The notes below the pieces were generated by a model. That model searched no databases and was not told where the DNA came from. It saw only the letters and a list, made by a program, of their open reading frames with translations. Below are positions 53,093 through 64,000 of a DNA stretch of 64,000 nt, piece by piece (the stretch's first letter is position 1; the number at the start of each line of letters is the position of its first letter). The position numbers and the translations under genes are program-made. Origin of the DNA: Octopus sinensis (taxonomy: Eukaryota); contig NC_043023.1 of the NCBI RefSeq assembly GCF_006345805.1, positions 15,190,001 through 15,254,000 on the forward strand. Reading direction: 5' to 3'.

Positions 53093-53876
53093 TTAGGCTT
53101 TTGAAAAATATTTCCCACTCTGCACCCAAAACTGTGACAAACAGCAATAAGCCTCCAGCTAGTGCCAGAATATGTGGGCAGTAGCACAAAGGGTGCAGAT
53201 CCTGGGATCCCTGAGAGTGTCCAGCAGAGGATAACTGATCATGGCTGGGAACTGGAGTGTAATACATTTGTGTCAAAATAATATATCCACAAGAAAACAG
53301 AGCAAATTAATATAATCAATATTGTTTGAATAAAAAACACAAATCGTAATTAGTGAGTTGATGCAAATGAGGAAAATGTGAAAAATGAATTTATTTTGTA
53401 AAAAGTAATACATTTGCTGTATTTTATTCAGCAGGACATCTGTTTTATCATTGATATTGTTATTGATCAATATGAATAAGTATATGTTTAGTTAAGGTAG
53501 ATTATTGAGAGAATGATTTAGCACAGATTACACAGTCATCAGAATCTTCTCCTGTATGAATATGTTTGTGTTTAGTTTATTATTTCTCTCTATGAAAGAA
53601 TGACTTGTCACAGATGTCACAGTGATATGATTTCTCTCCTGTATGAATGTATTTGTGATGAGTTCAATATTGTTCCACAGAGAATGATTTACCTCAGATA
53701 TCACACCAATAGAGTTTCTCTCCTGTATGAATACGTTTATAAGTATATACAGCATATTCCTGAGAGAATGATTTGCTGCAGACATCACAGTCACATAGTT
53801 TCTCTCCAGTATGAGCAGACTTGTAATTAATTAAATAGTTTCTTAAACGGAATAATTTACTGCAGATACTACAGTG

Positions 53877-54762
53877 CTATGGTTTGTCCCCTGTATTAAT
53901 GCATTTGTGTCTATTTAAGTACCTCTTCTGAGAGAATGATTTACCACAGATATAGCACCGATATGGTTTCTCACCTGTATGAACTGATTTGTGAGAATCA
54001 AGGTAACTTTTTTGAGAGAATGATTTACCACAAATATTGCAGTGATGTGGTTTCTCTCCTGTGTGAATGTGTTTGTGAGAATCAAGGCTACTCATATAAC
54101 AGAATGATTTACCACAGATATCACAGTGATATGGTTTCTCTCTAGCATCAGTGTATTTGTGATGAGTGAGGCAATATTTCTGAGTGAATGATTTACCACA
54201 AATATCACATCGATATGGTTTCTCTCCTGTATGAATGGATTTGTGAGTAGTTAAATAACTTTTTAATGAAAAGGATTTATCACAGATATCACACTGATAC
54301 GGTTTCTCACCTGTATGAATGTATTTGTGAGAATTAAGGCTACTTTTTTGAGAGAATGATTTACCACAAACATCACACTGATGTGGTTTCTCTCCTGTAT
54401 GAATGTGTTTGTGAGAATCAAGGGAACTTCTATGCGAGAATGATTTACCGCAAATACAACATTGATTTGGTTTCTCTCCAGTATGAACGAATTTTTTGAT
54501 AAGAAAGGGCATTCCTTTGAGAGAATGATTTACCACAGATATCACACTGATATGGTTTCTCTCCAGTATGAGTGTATTTGTGATGAGTAAGGTGACTTTT
54601 TTGAGAGAATGATTTACCACAGATATCACAATGATATTGTTTCCCCCCTGCATGAATGAATTTGTGAACAGTGAGATTTCCCTTACTAGAATAAGTCTTT
54701 TTACAGATATCACATTGGTCTGATAACTTTTCTCTTTCTTTTAACATCTCCAGACTATTCAT
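53877..54762 (-). pseudogene. ZNF-f, inverted duplicate of ZNF-g, 10 fingers, +1 frameshift, splice acceptor lost
   Basis: ATG at 54762; extra A at ~54495; homology to the ZNF-g upstream region stops at 54948, short of the acceptor. Confidence 0.8.
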
Positions 54763-55849
54763 TATTGTTCTGTAGTATACAGACAGAAAATATATTTTCC
54801 CCTTCTTCTTTATATATATCTTCTACAGCAAATCTGATCTTGAATATCTAAAAATGATACAAACACCTTTCCAGATTTTCTCACATTCAAACTTAATGCG
54901 AAATACTTTTGTAAATATTCCTGGCAATGAGGAAAACAAATGTTGCTAAGAAAGCGTGTGATAAAAGGCATTTTTCTTATTCTTTTCCTGCTAAGAGTTT
55001 ACTTGATGAGAAGGACAAGTATTGAATTTCCTAACTAAATTTTCGAACTACTCTAGAAAGAATTTAGGATCTTTTCGGTTTGACCGGCAGTTTTTAACAT
55101 AATTTCTAAGTAACTAAAAAATTTCAAACTTCGTATACTGGTAGAATGTGTTTATAAAACATATTTTTCTCTTGGCTTTATTGAGAAAATCCTATAGTTT
55201 GTAAGATATTTGTTCTTTTTTATTTCTTCAATTTCTGCAATTTCAACCAATCAATGACGTCTATTGAGGTAAACAACATTCTGTATGTATGCATGCATGG
55301 ATATGTGTATGTGCGTATGAATGTATGTACGTACGTACGTATATGCGTATGTGTGGTGTGATGGACGAAGAGGACAACAGAAGGCGAAGCAACGGGAGGA
55401 AGAAATACAAAAGGCCTTACCTCGGCGAAGATCCGAGGTCTCTTACGAATTTGACACGTCCTGTCGCTTCCTCGTCTCTGCTCGAACTGTCCCTTCGTCG
55501 ATGACCACACGTGCGTCCTGCTTGACCTCTTCCGCCTCCTGCGACGCATGGGTTAGGCTTACACCGTAAACGGGTGGTGTGCGTATTCTTTACCCCCGCC
55601 CTCTTCCATTGCACAACTAAGTTACTGGTTTTCGAACACTGATGCCTGCATGTTTCCCCCTATCCTCATCCAACATCACTCTGATAAGCTGGATTCGTTT
55701 CTTTCCGTCCCTGTAACTTACGGGTTCGACAACAGAACAGCGTAAAAGTAGCGATCGACTGGAAAATAAGCTTTAGTTTTGTATCTTTTGCCATCATTTG
55801 GATTTTTTTCTTAAAATTCAAAATTTTAAGTAGTAATTATAGCAATAAT

Positions 55850-56061
55850 AAAACATTAAAAATTTACCAACTCAGTTTTATCATCCGACAAATGTGTAGT
55901 AATACGAGGTATACGTCAGGATTTTAGTTCGTTTCGTTGAGTTTCCATGCCGACTTTTAGAGCGTCTTTAAACTATATTCCCGTTAATTGCTCTTTTGCG
56001 TAATTAACATTAATTCACATTAATCTAATTATCGTAACATATGATCTATTTATCAAAACAG
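55850..56061 (+). promoter_or_regulatory. Conserved ZNF first-exon/promoter cassette 4 (for ZNF-g)
   Basis: Diverged core motif at 55928-55958; donor aacag|gtaaga at 56061/56062; matching acceptor ...tgtgtcatttcag at 58322. Confidence 0.55.
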
Positions 56062-56177
56062 GTAAGATGTAATATATATTTTATTTTTTAGCAGAAGCCG
56101 ATTAACCTGGCTAATTCGAAACTCCAAACAAAAGTAAAAAGTTTTAAAAGTTGCTAGTTTGACATCGATGTTAATTC

Positions 56178-56293
56178 GGTTAAACTAAAGGAAGTTTAGA
56201 AGCCATCCATGGCTAACCACATTGGCTTGTTTTACACCTATTACACACATTTTTTTTTTGTTTCTTTGAATGGTGTAACGCTTTAGTTTAACC
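56178..56293. mobile_element. 116-bp mini-element with GGTTAAACTAAAG TIRs
   Basis: 13-bp perfect TIR; its right 31 bp are the perfect inverse of 56983-57013. Confidence 0.75.
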
Positions 56294-56982
56294 CCTCCAC
56301 CTTCAGATATTATGGAAAATGTTAAACTACAAAACGGTGGACAATAATATTCTACTATCTTCAGAAACGTGGCAAGTCACTGTTGTTTAGCCCATGGTCA
56401 CCCCTGACTGAGCAGACCTCTTAATGAAATTCGCTTGTGTTCCCGACTGTCCTGACTTTTAGAATACATCAAACATAAACACAACTATAATTTAAACACC
56501 AACCCACCACGACTTTTCCTTCTGTAACCTTATTAATAATGTAAATTTTTTAAAGAAATTCTGCATTCACATGTGTTGAAGGTCTGGATCATTGATACGT
56601 TTGTGTATTCGTTTCTTTTCAAGTTTAAGCCATTTGCTGATTCTGTCTACGAAAAGGTGTATCTTGTTTTATCATCGCGGTACCACTGGCCTCATGTTGC
56701 AGTCAGCTATTTATGTTTTATTAGATTGCAGATTATTCACAGGAGCAAAAATCAGACATAATTAACGTGGATTATTTCGACAGGAACAGCAAATATAGAT
56801 GTTTAGCAAATAATACCTCTATGATAATTCAATAGACGGCTTTGAATCGACACAGTCAGCAAATGGAATATCTACTATAATAAAAAAAAAGGTAAAAATT
56901 CGGTGCTTTTTCATGGCCATGCCAAGTAAAATCCAAATTTTCTTGGCTTAATTAAAGACATTTATTGGCGAATAGAATTAAC

Positions 56983-58030
56983 GGTTAAACTAAAGCGTTA
57001 CACCATTCAAAGACACAAGAAAAAAATATGAACGAATATGAAAAAAAATGCGCGCACGCGAAAGGGGAGTGGGGGAGAGGCCTCGGAAAATTCACATCGA
57101 GAATTTCCGAAAGCGTCTGAGGGGCTGACCCGGGCACCAAAACAAAAAAAAAATAGTGTAATATGTGTAAAACAACTTGCTCTCAACGAATATGACAAAA
57201 AAAATGCGCCCTCCCGAAAGAGGGGTGGGGGAGAAGCCTCGGAAAATTTACATCGGGAATTTCCGAAACCGTCTGACCCGGGCCCAAAAACAAAAATAGC
57301 GTAATAGGTGTAAAACAACTTGCTCTAAACGAATATGATTTTAAAATGCGCGCTCGCGAAAGGGGGGTGAGGGAGAGGCTTCGGAAATTTCACATCTTCA
57401 GTCCACGGCCTTTAAACTAAGAAAAAATAGTGTAATTGGTGTAAAACTACGTGTTCTAAACGAGTATCAAGAACACACACTCACACATGAATCATAAACT
57501 CCGTATTTTTGTACATATTTCGCAAAAAAAAAAAAAAGAGAAGAAATTCTGGAAAAAGTGAAGAAATGTTGGATCTCCGCCATATGAATCAAAATACGTG
57601 TCAGAAACATCTTGAAATACTACAGAAATTATGTTACGAAAATGATAATGTATACATACCTCTTTGAGTGGTCCATCGACATTGATGATAAAGAAATGAG
57701 ATGGGTTGGAGGAAAAAATTATCTCGGGCCAGGATAAAGACTTGCTGCTGCCAATAAGACTACGTGTATTCTCTTGGCAGCAGGTTTGATGCTTTCCATA
57801 AATAGGAACTTGGAGAGGTATTGCTTTAAGTAACAGGCACGAATGCCTGGGCGAACAACTGATCTCTTAACTGACCCCCACAATCTCTCTATCGTCTGTG
57901 TGTGCACCGACGCATTTGTCGGATCAACAAAATTTTCACTGTGGTTGATGCCTTATAATTTAGCACACTCATCGGTAAAATTTTGCAGTTATTTCTTACT
58001 TATTTCCTTTTTTCCTAAAATTTTCTTTGC
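56983..58030 (-). mobile_element. Merlin (IS1016-like DDE) transposon relic with terminus and ~145-bp subterminal repeats
   Basis: 57949-57719 encodes INHSENFVDPTNASVHTQTIERLWGSVKR...YLKQYLSKFLF (Merlin motif VNHS..FVDP..G.HTQ.IE..W); three diverged repeats at 57030-57470; GG terminus at 56983. Confidence 0.75.
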
Positions 58031-58658
58031 GTCTTGCAACCTTTTCAATAGTTTTGACTCTGTCCGTTATTTACACTGCTTTTCCTTTTGTTTGTTTGGG
58101 TGCATTGAAACTAAACTAGAGAAAGTATTAGATTTATGACTCAGGTCATTATAGACGAAAGTAATGTCTTGTGTCATGAGTATCATTTTAAAGTGTAATT
58201 TATTCGGGTAAAAGTTTATATCCTCAGTTTATCATTATGAAAATGTAGTTATAATTTTTATTGTTAACCCTTTGCTTTTTAAAGTCTTTCCTATATCTTC
58301 TACTGTTTCTGTGTCATTTCAGATACTCATATAAAGGAGTTTTACGTGAGATACATCATGAATATTGATCATGTTTTGAAAACGAATGTCAGCCGTTATA
58401 AATAATAGATAATAACTCTGTTTATATAATATATCTATGGTGAATAACGGTGAAATATTTCTTCTGAATTGATAGCAACATTTGTTTTCCTCATTGCCAG
58501 GAATATTTACAAAAGTATTTCACATTCAGTTTGAATGTGAGAAAATCTGGAACGGTGTTTGTATCATTTTTAGATATTCAAGATCAGATTTGCTGTAGAA
58601 GATATATATAAAGAAGAAGGGGAAAATATATTTTCTGTCTGTATACTACAGAACAATA

Positions 58659-59879
58659 ATGAATAGTCTGGAGATGTTAAAAGAAAGAGAAAAGTTATCA
58701 GACCAATGTGATATCTGTAAAAAGACTTTTTCTAATAAGGGAAATCTCAATGTTCACAAATTCATTCATGCAGGGGGGAAACAATATCATTGTGATATCT
58801 GTGGTAAATCATTCTCTCAAAAAAGTCACCTTACTCATCACAAATACACTCATACTGGAGAGAAACCATATCAGTGTGATATTTGTGGTAAATCATTCTC
58901 TCAAAGGACTGTCCTTTCTTATCACAAATCTGTTCATAGTGGAGAGAAACCATATCACTGTGATATCTGTGGTAAATCATTCTCTACAAAATATAATATT
59001 ACTAAACACAAATACATTCATACAAGAGAGAAACCAAATCAATGTCGTATTTGCGGTAAATCATTCTCTCATAGAAGTTCCCTTGATTCTCACACACACA
59101 TTCATACAGGAGAGAAACCACATCAGTGTGATGTTTGTGGTAAATCATTCTCTCAAAAAAGTAGCCTTAATTCTCACAAATATATTCACACAGGTGAGAA
59201 ACCATATCAGTGTGATATCTGTGATAAATCCTTTTCATTAAAAAGTTATTTCACTACTCACAAATCCATTCATACAGGAGAGAAACCATATCGATGTGAT
59301 ATTTGTGGTAAATCATTCTCTCAAAAAAGTCACCTTTCTTCTCACAAATCCATTCATACAGGAGAGAAACCATATCGATGTGATATTTGTGGTAAATCAT
59401 TCACTCAGAAATATAGCCTCACTCATCACAAATACACTCATACTGGAGAGAAACCATATCAATGTGATATTTGTGGTAAATCATTCTCTCAAAAGACTGC
59501 CCTTTCTTATCACAAAGTCGTTCATACTGGAGAGAAACCATATCACTGTGATATCTGTGGTAAATCATTCCCTAAAAAATATAACCTTACTAAACACAAA
59601 TCCATTCATACAGGAGAGAAACCATATCACTGTGATATTTGTGGTAAATCATTCTGTTATACGAGTAGCCTTGATTCTCACAAACACATTCATACAGGAG
59701 AGAAACCACATCACTGCGATATTTGTGGTAAATCATTCTCTCAAAAAAGTTACCTTGATTCTCACAAATCAGTTCATACAGGTGAGAAACCATATCGGTG
59801 CTATATCTGTGGTAAATCATTCTCTCAGAAGAGGTACTTAAATAGACACAAATGCATTAATACAGGGGACAAACCATAG
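58659..59879 (+). CDS. C2H2 zinc-finger protein ZNF-g, 14 fingers (last one H>N), 406 aa
   Basis: Intact ATG ORF; 14 + 14 x 28 aa. Confidence 0.92.
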   Translation: MNSLEMLKEREKLSDQCDICKKTFSNKGNLNVHKFIHAGGKQYHCDICGKSFSQKSHLTHHKYTHTGEKPYQCDICGKSFSQRTVLSYHKSVHSGEKPYHCDICGKSFSTKYNITKHKYIHTREKPNQCRICGKSFSHRSSLDSHTHIHTGEKPHQCDVCGKSFSQKSSLNSHKYIHTGEKPYQCDICDKSFSLKSYFTTHKSIHTGEKPYRCDICGKSFSQKSHLSSHKSIHTGEKPYRCDICGKSFTQKYSLTHHKYTHTGEKPYQCDICGKSFSQKTALSYHKVVHTGEKPYHCDICGKSFPKKYNLTKHKSIHTGEKPYHCDICGKSFCYTSSLDSHKHIHTGEKPHHCDICGKSFSQKSYLDSHKSVHTGEKPYRCYICGKSFSQKRYLNRHKCINTGDKP

Positions 59880-60360
59880 CACTGTAGTATCTGCAGTAAA
59901 TTATTCCGTTTAAGAAAATATTTAATTAATTACAAGTCTGCTCATACTGGAGAGAAACTATGTGACTGTGATGTCTGCAGCAAATCATTCTCTCAGGAAT
60001 ATGCTGTATATACTTATAAACGTATTCATACAGGAGAGAAACTCTATTGCTGTGATATCTGAGGTAAATCATTCTCTGTGGAACAATATTGAACTCATCA
60101 CAAATACATTCATACAGGAGAGAAATCATATCACTGTGACATCTGTGACAAGTCATTCTTTCATAGAGAGAAATAATAAACTAAACACAAACATATTCAT
60201 ACAGGAGAAGATTCTTATGACTGTGTAATCTGTGCTAAATCATTCTCTCAATAATCTACCTTAACTAAACATATACTTATTCATATTGATCAATAACAAT
60301 ATCAATGATAAAACAGATGTCCTGCTGAATAAAATACAGCAAATGTATTACTTTTTACAA

Positions 60361-60366
60361 AATAAA
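60361..60366 (+). terminator. Conserved AATAAA poly(A) signal of ZNF-g
   Basis: Retained at the homologous position behind ZNF-d (39750-39755), ZNF-e (44868-44873) and ZNF-f (53390-53395). Confidence 0.5.
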
Positions 60367-60889
60367 TTCATTTTTCACATTTTCCTCATTTGCATCAACT
60401 CACTAATTACGATTTGTGTTTTTTATTCAAACAATATTGATTATATTAATTTGCTCTGTTTTCTTGAGGATATATTATTTTGACACAAATGTATTACACT
60501 CCAGTTCCCAGCCGTGATCAGTTATCCTCTGCTGGACACACTCAGGGATCCCAGGATCTGCACCCTTTGTGCTACTGCCCACATATTCTGGCACTAGCTG
60601 GAGGCTTATTGCTGTTTGTCACAGTTTCGGGTGCAGAGTGGGAAATATTTTTCAAGAGCCTAATGCCCCACTCTACCTATGGTTCAAGCACATCCCCGCT
60701 CAACCCATGCAAGTGATTATCATCATACTTATTTTTTGCTAAATCCTTCTGTAGAGCAGGTTTTCATGGTCTTGTTCTTACCAGACACCAAGCAGGGATT
60801 TATGATGGGCATCTGGTTAGAATGGCACCTGTTGTGATGAGAGTTACCATGTCCCCTTGTGAGAGATAGACTGGTTCGAGTAAAGTATA

Positions 60890-61845
60890 AATAGTAACGA
60901 TCTGAGTGGGTTTGCGGTTCAGAGTCAAGTGAAGTCGGAAGGTGTCGCTTGGTTTACTTCCTAAGGAATATTGAATGTTGGTTCTTAAAAGATTTGTTAG
61001 TTCATTAGATTGTTGTTACAATTTTCTGGTTATCTTATTTATTGTACGGAACAATTATGTTACAACATCTGGCGATGAGGGTTTCGAAGCTCTTGCAGGT
61101 CAGTTAACAAATTTTTGTGATACAAAATTGTTAAATCATGGAAGACTAATTAGCTTCTTTAAAACTGTTGAAAAATCGACAAAGGCAGCAACAACAACAA
61201 TTATTGGAGCTTTATTCAAAGAAATCCAAAAATGAGGGAAGTACATTTTTGCCAGACGACGTTTTGGACTCGATGAATCCAGTTATAACCCAGAGGATGG
61301 TATAACTGTTGCATTGTACTACAGCAGCTAATTTTTAAGGATGATTGTAAGACATGGTCAGACACAGAAAAAGTAAGGTTATTATGACATAAATGAGCCC
61401 CATCTGAGTATGAACATTATTTTAATTTCATATTACCCGAAAAAACTCAATGAAATTTGTTTTAAAGAAACAATAGAATTACTGTCTAACATATTCGGTG
61501 ATAAAACTTCTCTAACACTTGGATGGTGTTTTGGAATATAATGAAAAAAGAGGATGGTGATTTTATCACATACGCAGGAACAATTAACAGAATGTGTGAA
61601 TATTTTTAAACTCAAAGAATTTACACCTAAAATATTCAGGTGTCTTCTTTTGGTACAAGGCCTTACAACACTGAATATACAGAAATTCACACTGCAGAAC
61701 TAAATTCTGAAGATTAACCATTAAAGATCCTAGAGGGCTCTGAACAGAAACAAAATTCGTACACGTAAAAATGATTGGAATACATATTAAACTTCAGTTA
61801 GACATTGGAAGTGATATTTCAATAATAAATATGGATACAGTGAAC
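60890..61845 (+). mobile_element. Ty3/gypsy relic: LTR end, PBS, gag, protease
   Basis: ...gttacaaca|tc TGGCGATGAGG PBS-like sequence at 61070-61080, followed by the same gag/protease relic as 35000-35550. Confidence 0.65.
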
Positions 61846-64000
61846 TCTCCCTACTATGCCAGTTTTGCAGATGCCCAGAGAGCATGGAGCACTATCCGAA
61901 AGTTTATGCAGCAGAAGAGCAGCGGAGAACCCAGGGTCATGCAGGCGTATGATAGGCTAGACAATGAAATGAATGAAAACCGCCGAAAGTAGATGAGTCA
62001 GCCGACAATTTTTGAGAGCTTCAGGATTAACTAAAAGCAATTTGAACTTAATAAACATGGATGTCTTCTTTTTACCATTGCATTGAACTTCTTATTGGCC
62101 TTACTTCCTACCCTATGAATTTTTATTCGTATGTTCAGTAAATTTTTGGTTATGTAGTGTTTAGATAACAGACCCTCGGTACTATGCCACTCTGGCTCAG
62201 TCCCACAGGGTGGCAAAGTAGCGAGAGTTGACTGTATATGGAAGAAAATAGGGAAACCTATCTCTTCTACATGTTTCAGTCATTTGACAGTGGCCATGGT
62301 GGAGCACCACCTTTAGTCAAGCAAATAAACACCAGGACTTATTCTTTGTAAGCCCAATACTTATTCTATCAGTCACTTTTGCCGAACCGCTAAGTTACAG
62401 AGACATAAACGCACCAGCTTCAATTGTCAAGCGATGTTGGGGGGAGAAATATAGACATACAAACTTACACACACACACACACACACATATAGATATACAT
62501 ATATATACATATATATGATGGGCTTCTTTCAGTTTTTGTCTACCAAATCCACTTACAAGGTTTCAGTCGGCCCGAGGCTATAGTAGAAAACACTTGCCCA
62601 AGGTGCCACGTAGTGGGACTGAACCCGGAACCTTATGGTTCAGAAGCAAGAAACTTACCACACAGCCACTCCTATGCCTATACTCTTTTACTTGTTTCAG
62701 TCATTTGACTGGAGCACTGCCTTTAATCGAGCAAATCGACCCCAGGACTTATTCTTTTGTAAGCCCAGTACTTATGATATCGGTCTCTTTTGCCGAACCA
62801 CTAAGTGACGGGGACATAAACACACCAGCATCGGTTGTCAAGCAATGCTAGGGGGACAAACACAAACACACATATATATATATATATATGACGGGCTTCT
62901 TTCAGTTTCCGTCTACCAAATCCGCTCACAAGGCTTTGGTCAAGCCAAGGCTATAGTAGAAGACACTTGACCAAGATGCCATGCAGTGGGGCTGAACCCG
63001 GAACCTTATGGTTCATAAGCAAGCTACTTTCCACACAGCCACTCCTGCGCCTATGTTGAGAAAAACAGCAAAATTTCTTTGTAGCATGACGGGTGACAAA
63101 TTAAATTTCATAGGCGAAATGTGGGGATAAGTCACATTTCAAGTGAAAGCATGCAATGTCTTCATTGTTAAATATGTTGATTATCTGTTTGGTACCAATT
63201 TTTTTTTTCTTGTTTCAGCTCAGAGCTGCGGCCATGCTGATGCACCGCCGTTTTGTACTAGAATGTTATTACGAAGAACTTCCTCTAATGTGTGGCACTT
63301 GGTGAAGAATGGAGTTTGATATAGCTACTCTCATTTGCACCTCTTGCCGTGAGGTAGGTTCATCTGGGACTCTCGACAGGAAGATGTCCAGCTTTGATTT
63401 AAAAATCACTACATCTACCTTGTGCAAGTTCCTCAGACTCTTTGGGAGAATATTAAAAAGCTGTGGGCCCTTGAAACCCAGCCTGTTGCAGAAGCTGGTC
63501 CTGAAGCATGATGTCATTGCCGGGATCTTTGGCACTATGCAATGTTGTCCCGTTCTAAAATTGCTGTAGTTACAATGCAATTGGTTAGAATTATTCAACA
63601 TGGGACTTCCCTATAAATATCTATTGTAAAAATGTAAATGGTTCATCATCATCATTTAACATCCACTTTCCATACTGGCATGGGTTGGACGATTTTGACT
63701 GAGGGCTGGTGAGCCAGATGGCTGCACCAGGCTCCAATCTGATCTGGCAGAGTTTCTACAGCTGGGTGCCCTTCCTAATGCCAACCACTCCGAGAGTGTA
63801 GCGGGGCTGTCCAAGAATTTGGACCTGGAGATCTCCATTTCCAGCGACTTCAAGGGCCACCTCTCAGTGGTGTCGGGCATCAATGGAAAGCGCCCTCGAC
63901 TGCAACAAGACGACCACAGATTTTTTATTTCCCTTACCTGTCTTGTTGCTTAACAACAAGAGTGTAGTGCGTGTTTTTCCAGTGTGACTGGCACGGAAGG
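61233..64000. repeat. Segmental direct duplication, copy 2 (runs off the window end)
   Basis: Matches 34937-37675, including two SINE A copies, the CR1-like end (63265-63615) and an RTE tail. Confidence 0.95.

Noticed and set aside
55289-55614. GC-rich stretch with several overlapping short ORFs in the inverted-repeat spacer
   Set aside because: No recognisable domain; begins in a microsatellite; left unassigned.

Overview
AT-rich, repeat-dense eukaryotic DNA. The SINE/LINE content and the effector-less tandem zinc-finger genes suggest an octopus (coleoid cephalopod) genome; this is an inference. The window is a C2H2 zinc-finger gene cluster with seven single-coding-exon copies, labelled ZNF-a to ZNF-g here. 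Five are open (15, 20, 11, 17 and 14 fingers) and two are frameshifted (14 and 10 fingers). Each derives from one repeated unit: a conserved non-coding first exon with a GT donor, an intron, a conserved acceptor, a 14-aa N-terminus, the finger array, fossil fingers in the 3' UTR and AATAAA. The cluster has grown by tandem, inverted and segmental duplication. Between the genes lie tRNA-derived SINEs, RTE, RTEX, CR1-like, Hero and CRE non-LTR relics, a gypsy relic, a Helitron relic, a Merlin transposase relic and several GG-terminal MITE families. The main unusual features are five. (1) A decayed CRE-clade retrotransposon in which 168 bp of the RT region has become a 19-copy array with a 7-unit higher-order repeat. 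(2) Two ZNF exons that keep their acceptors but have no first exon of their own. (3) A stop codon shared by six paralogs, followed by fossil fingers. (4) An intronic inversion bounded by Merlin-like ends and an inverted 8-bp target duplication. (5) A lone, intact CNOT3-like exon. All identifications were made by eye against remembered family motifs; no database search was run.
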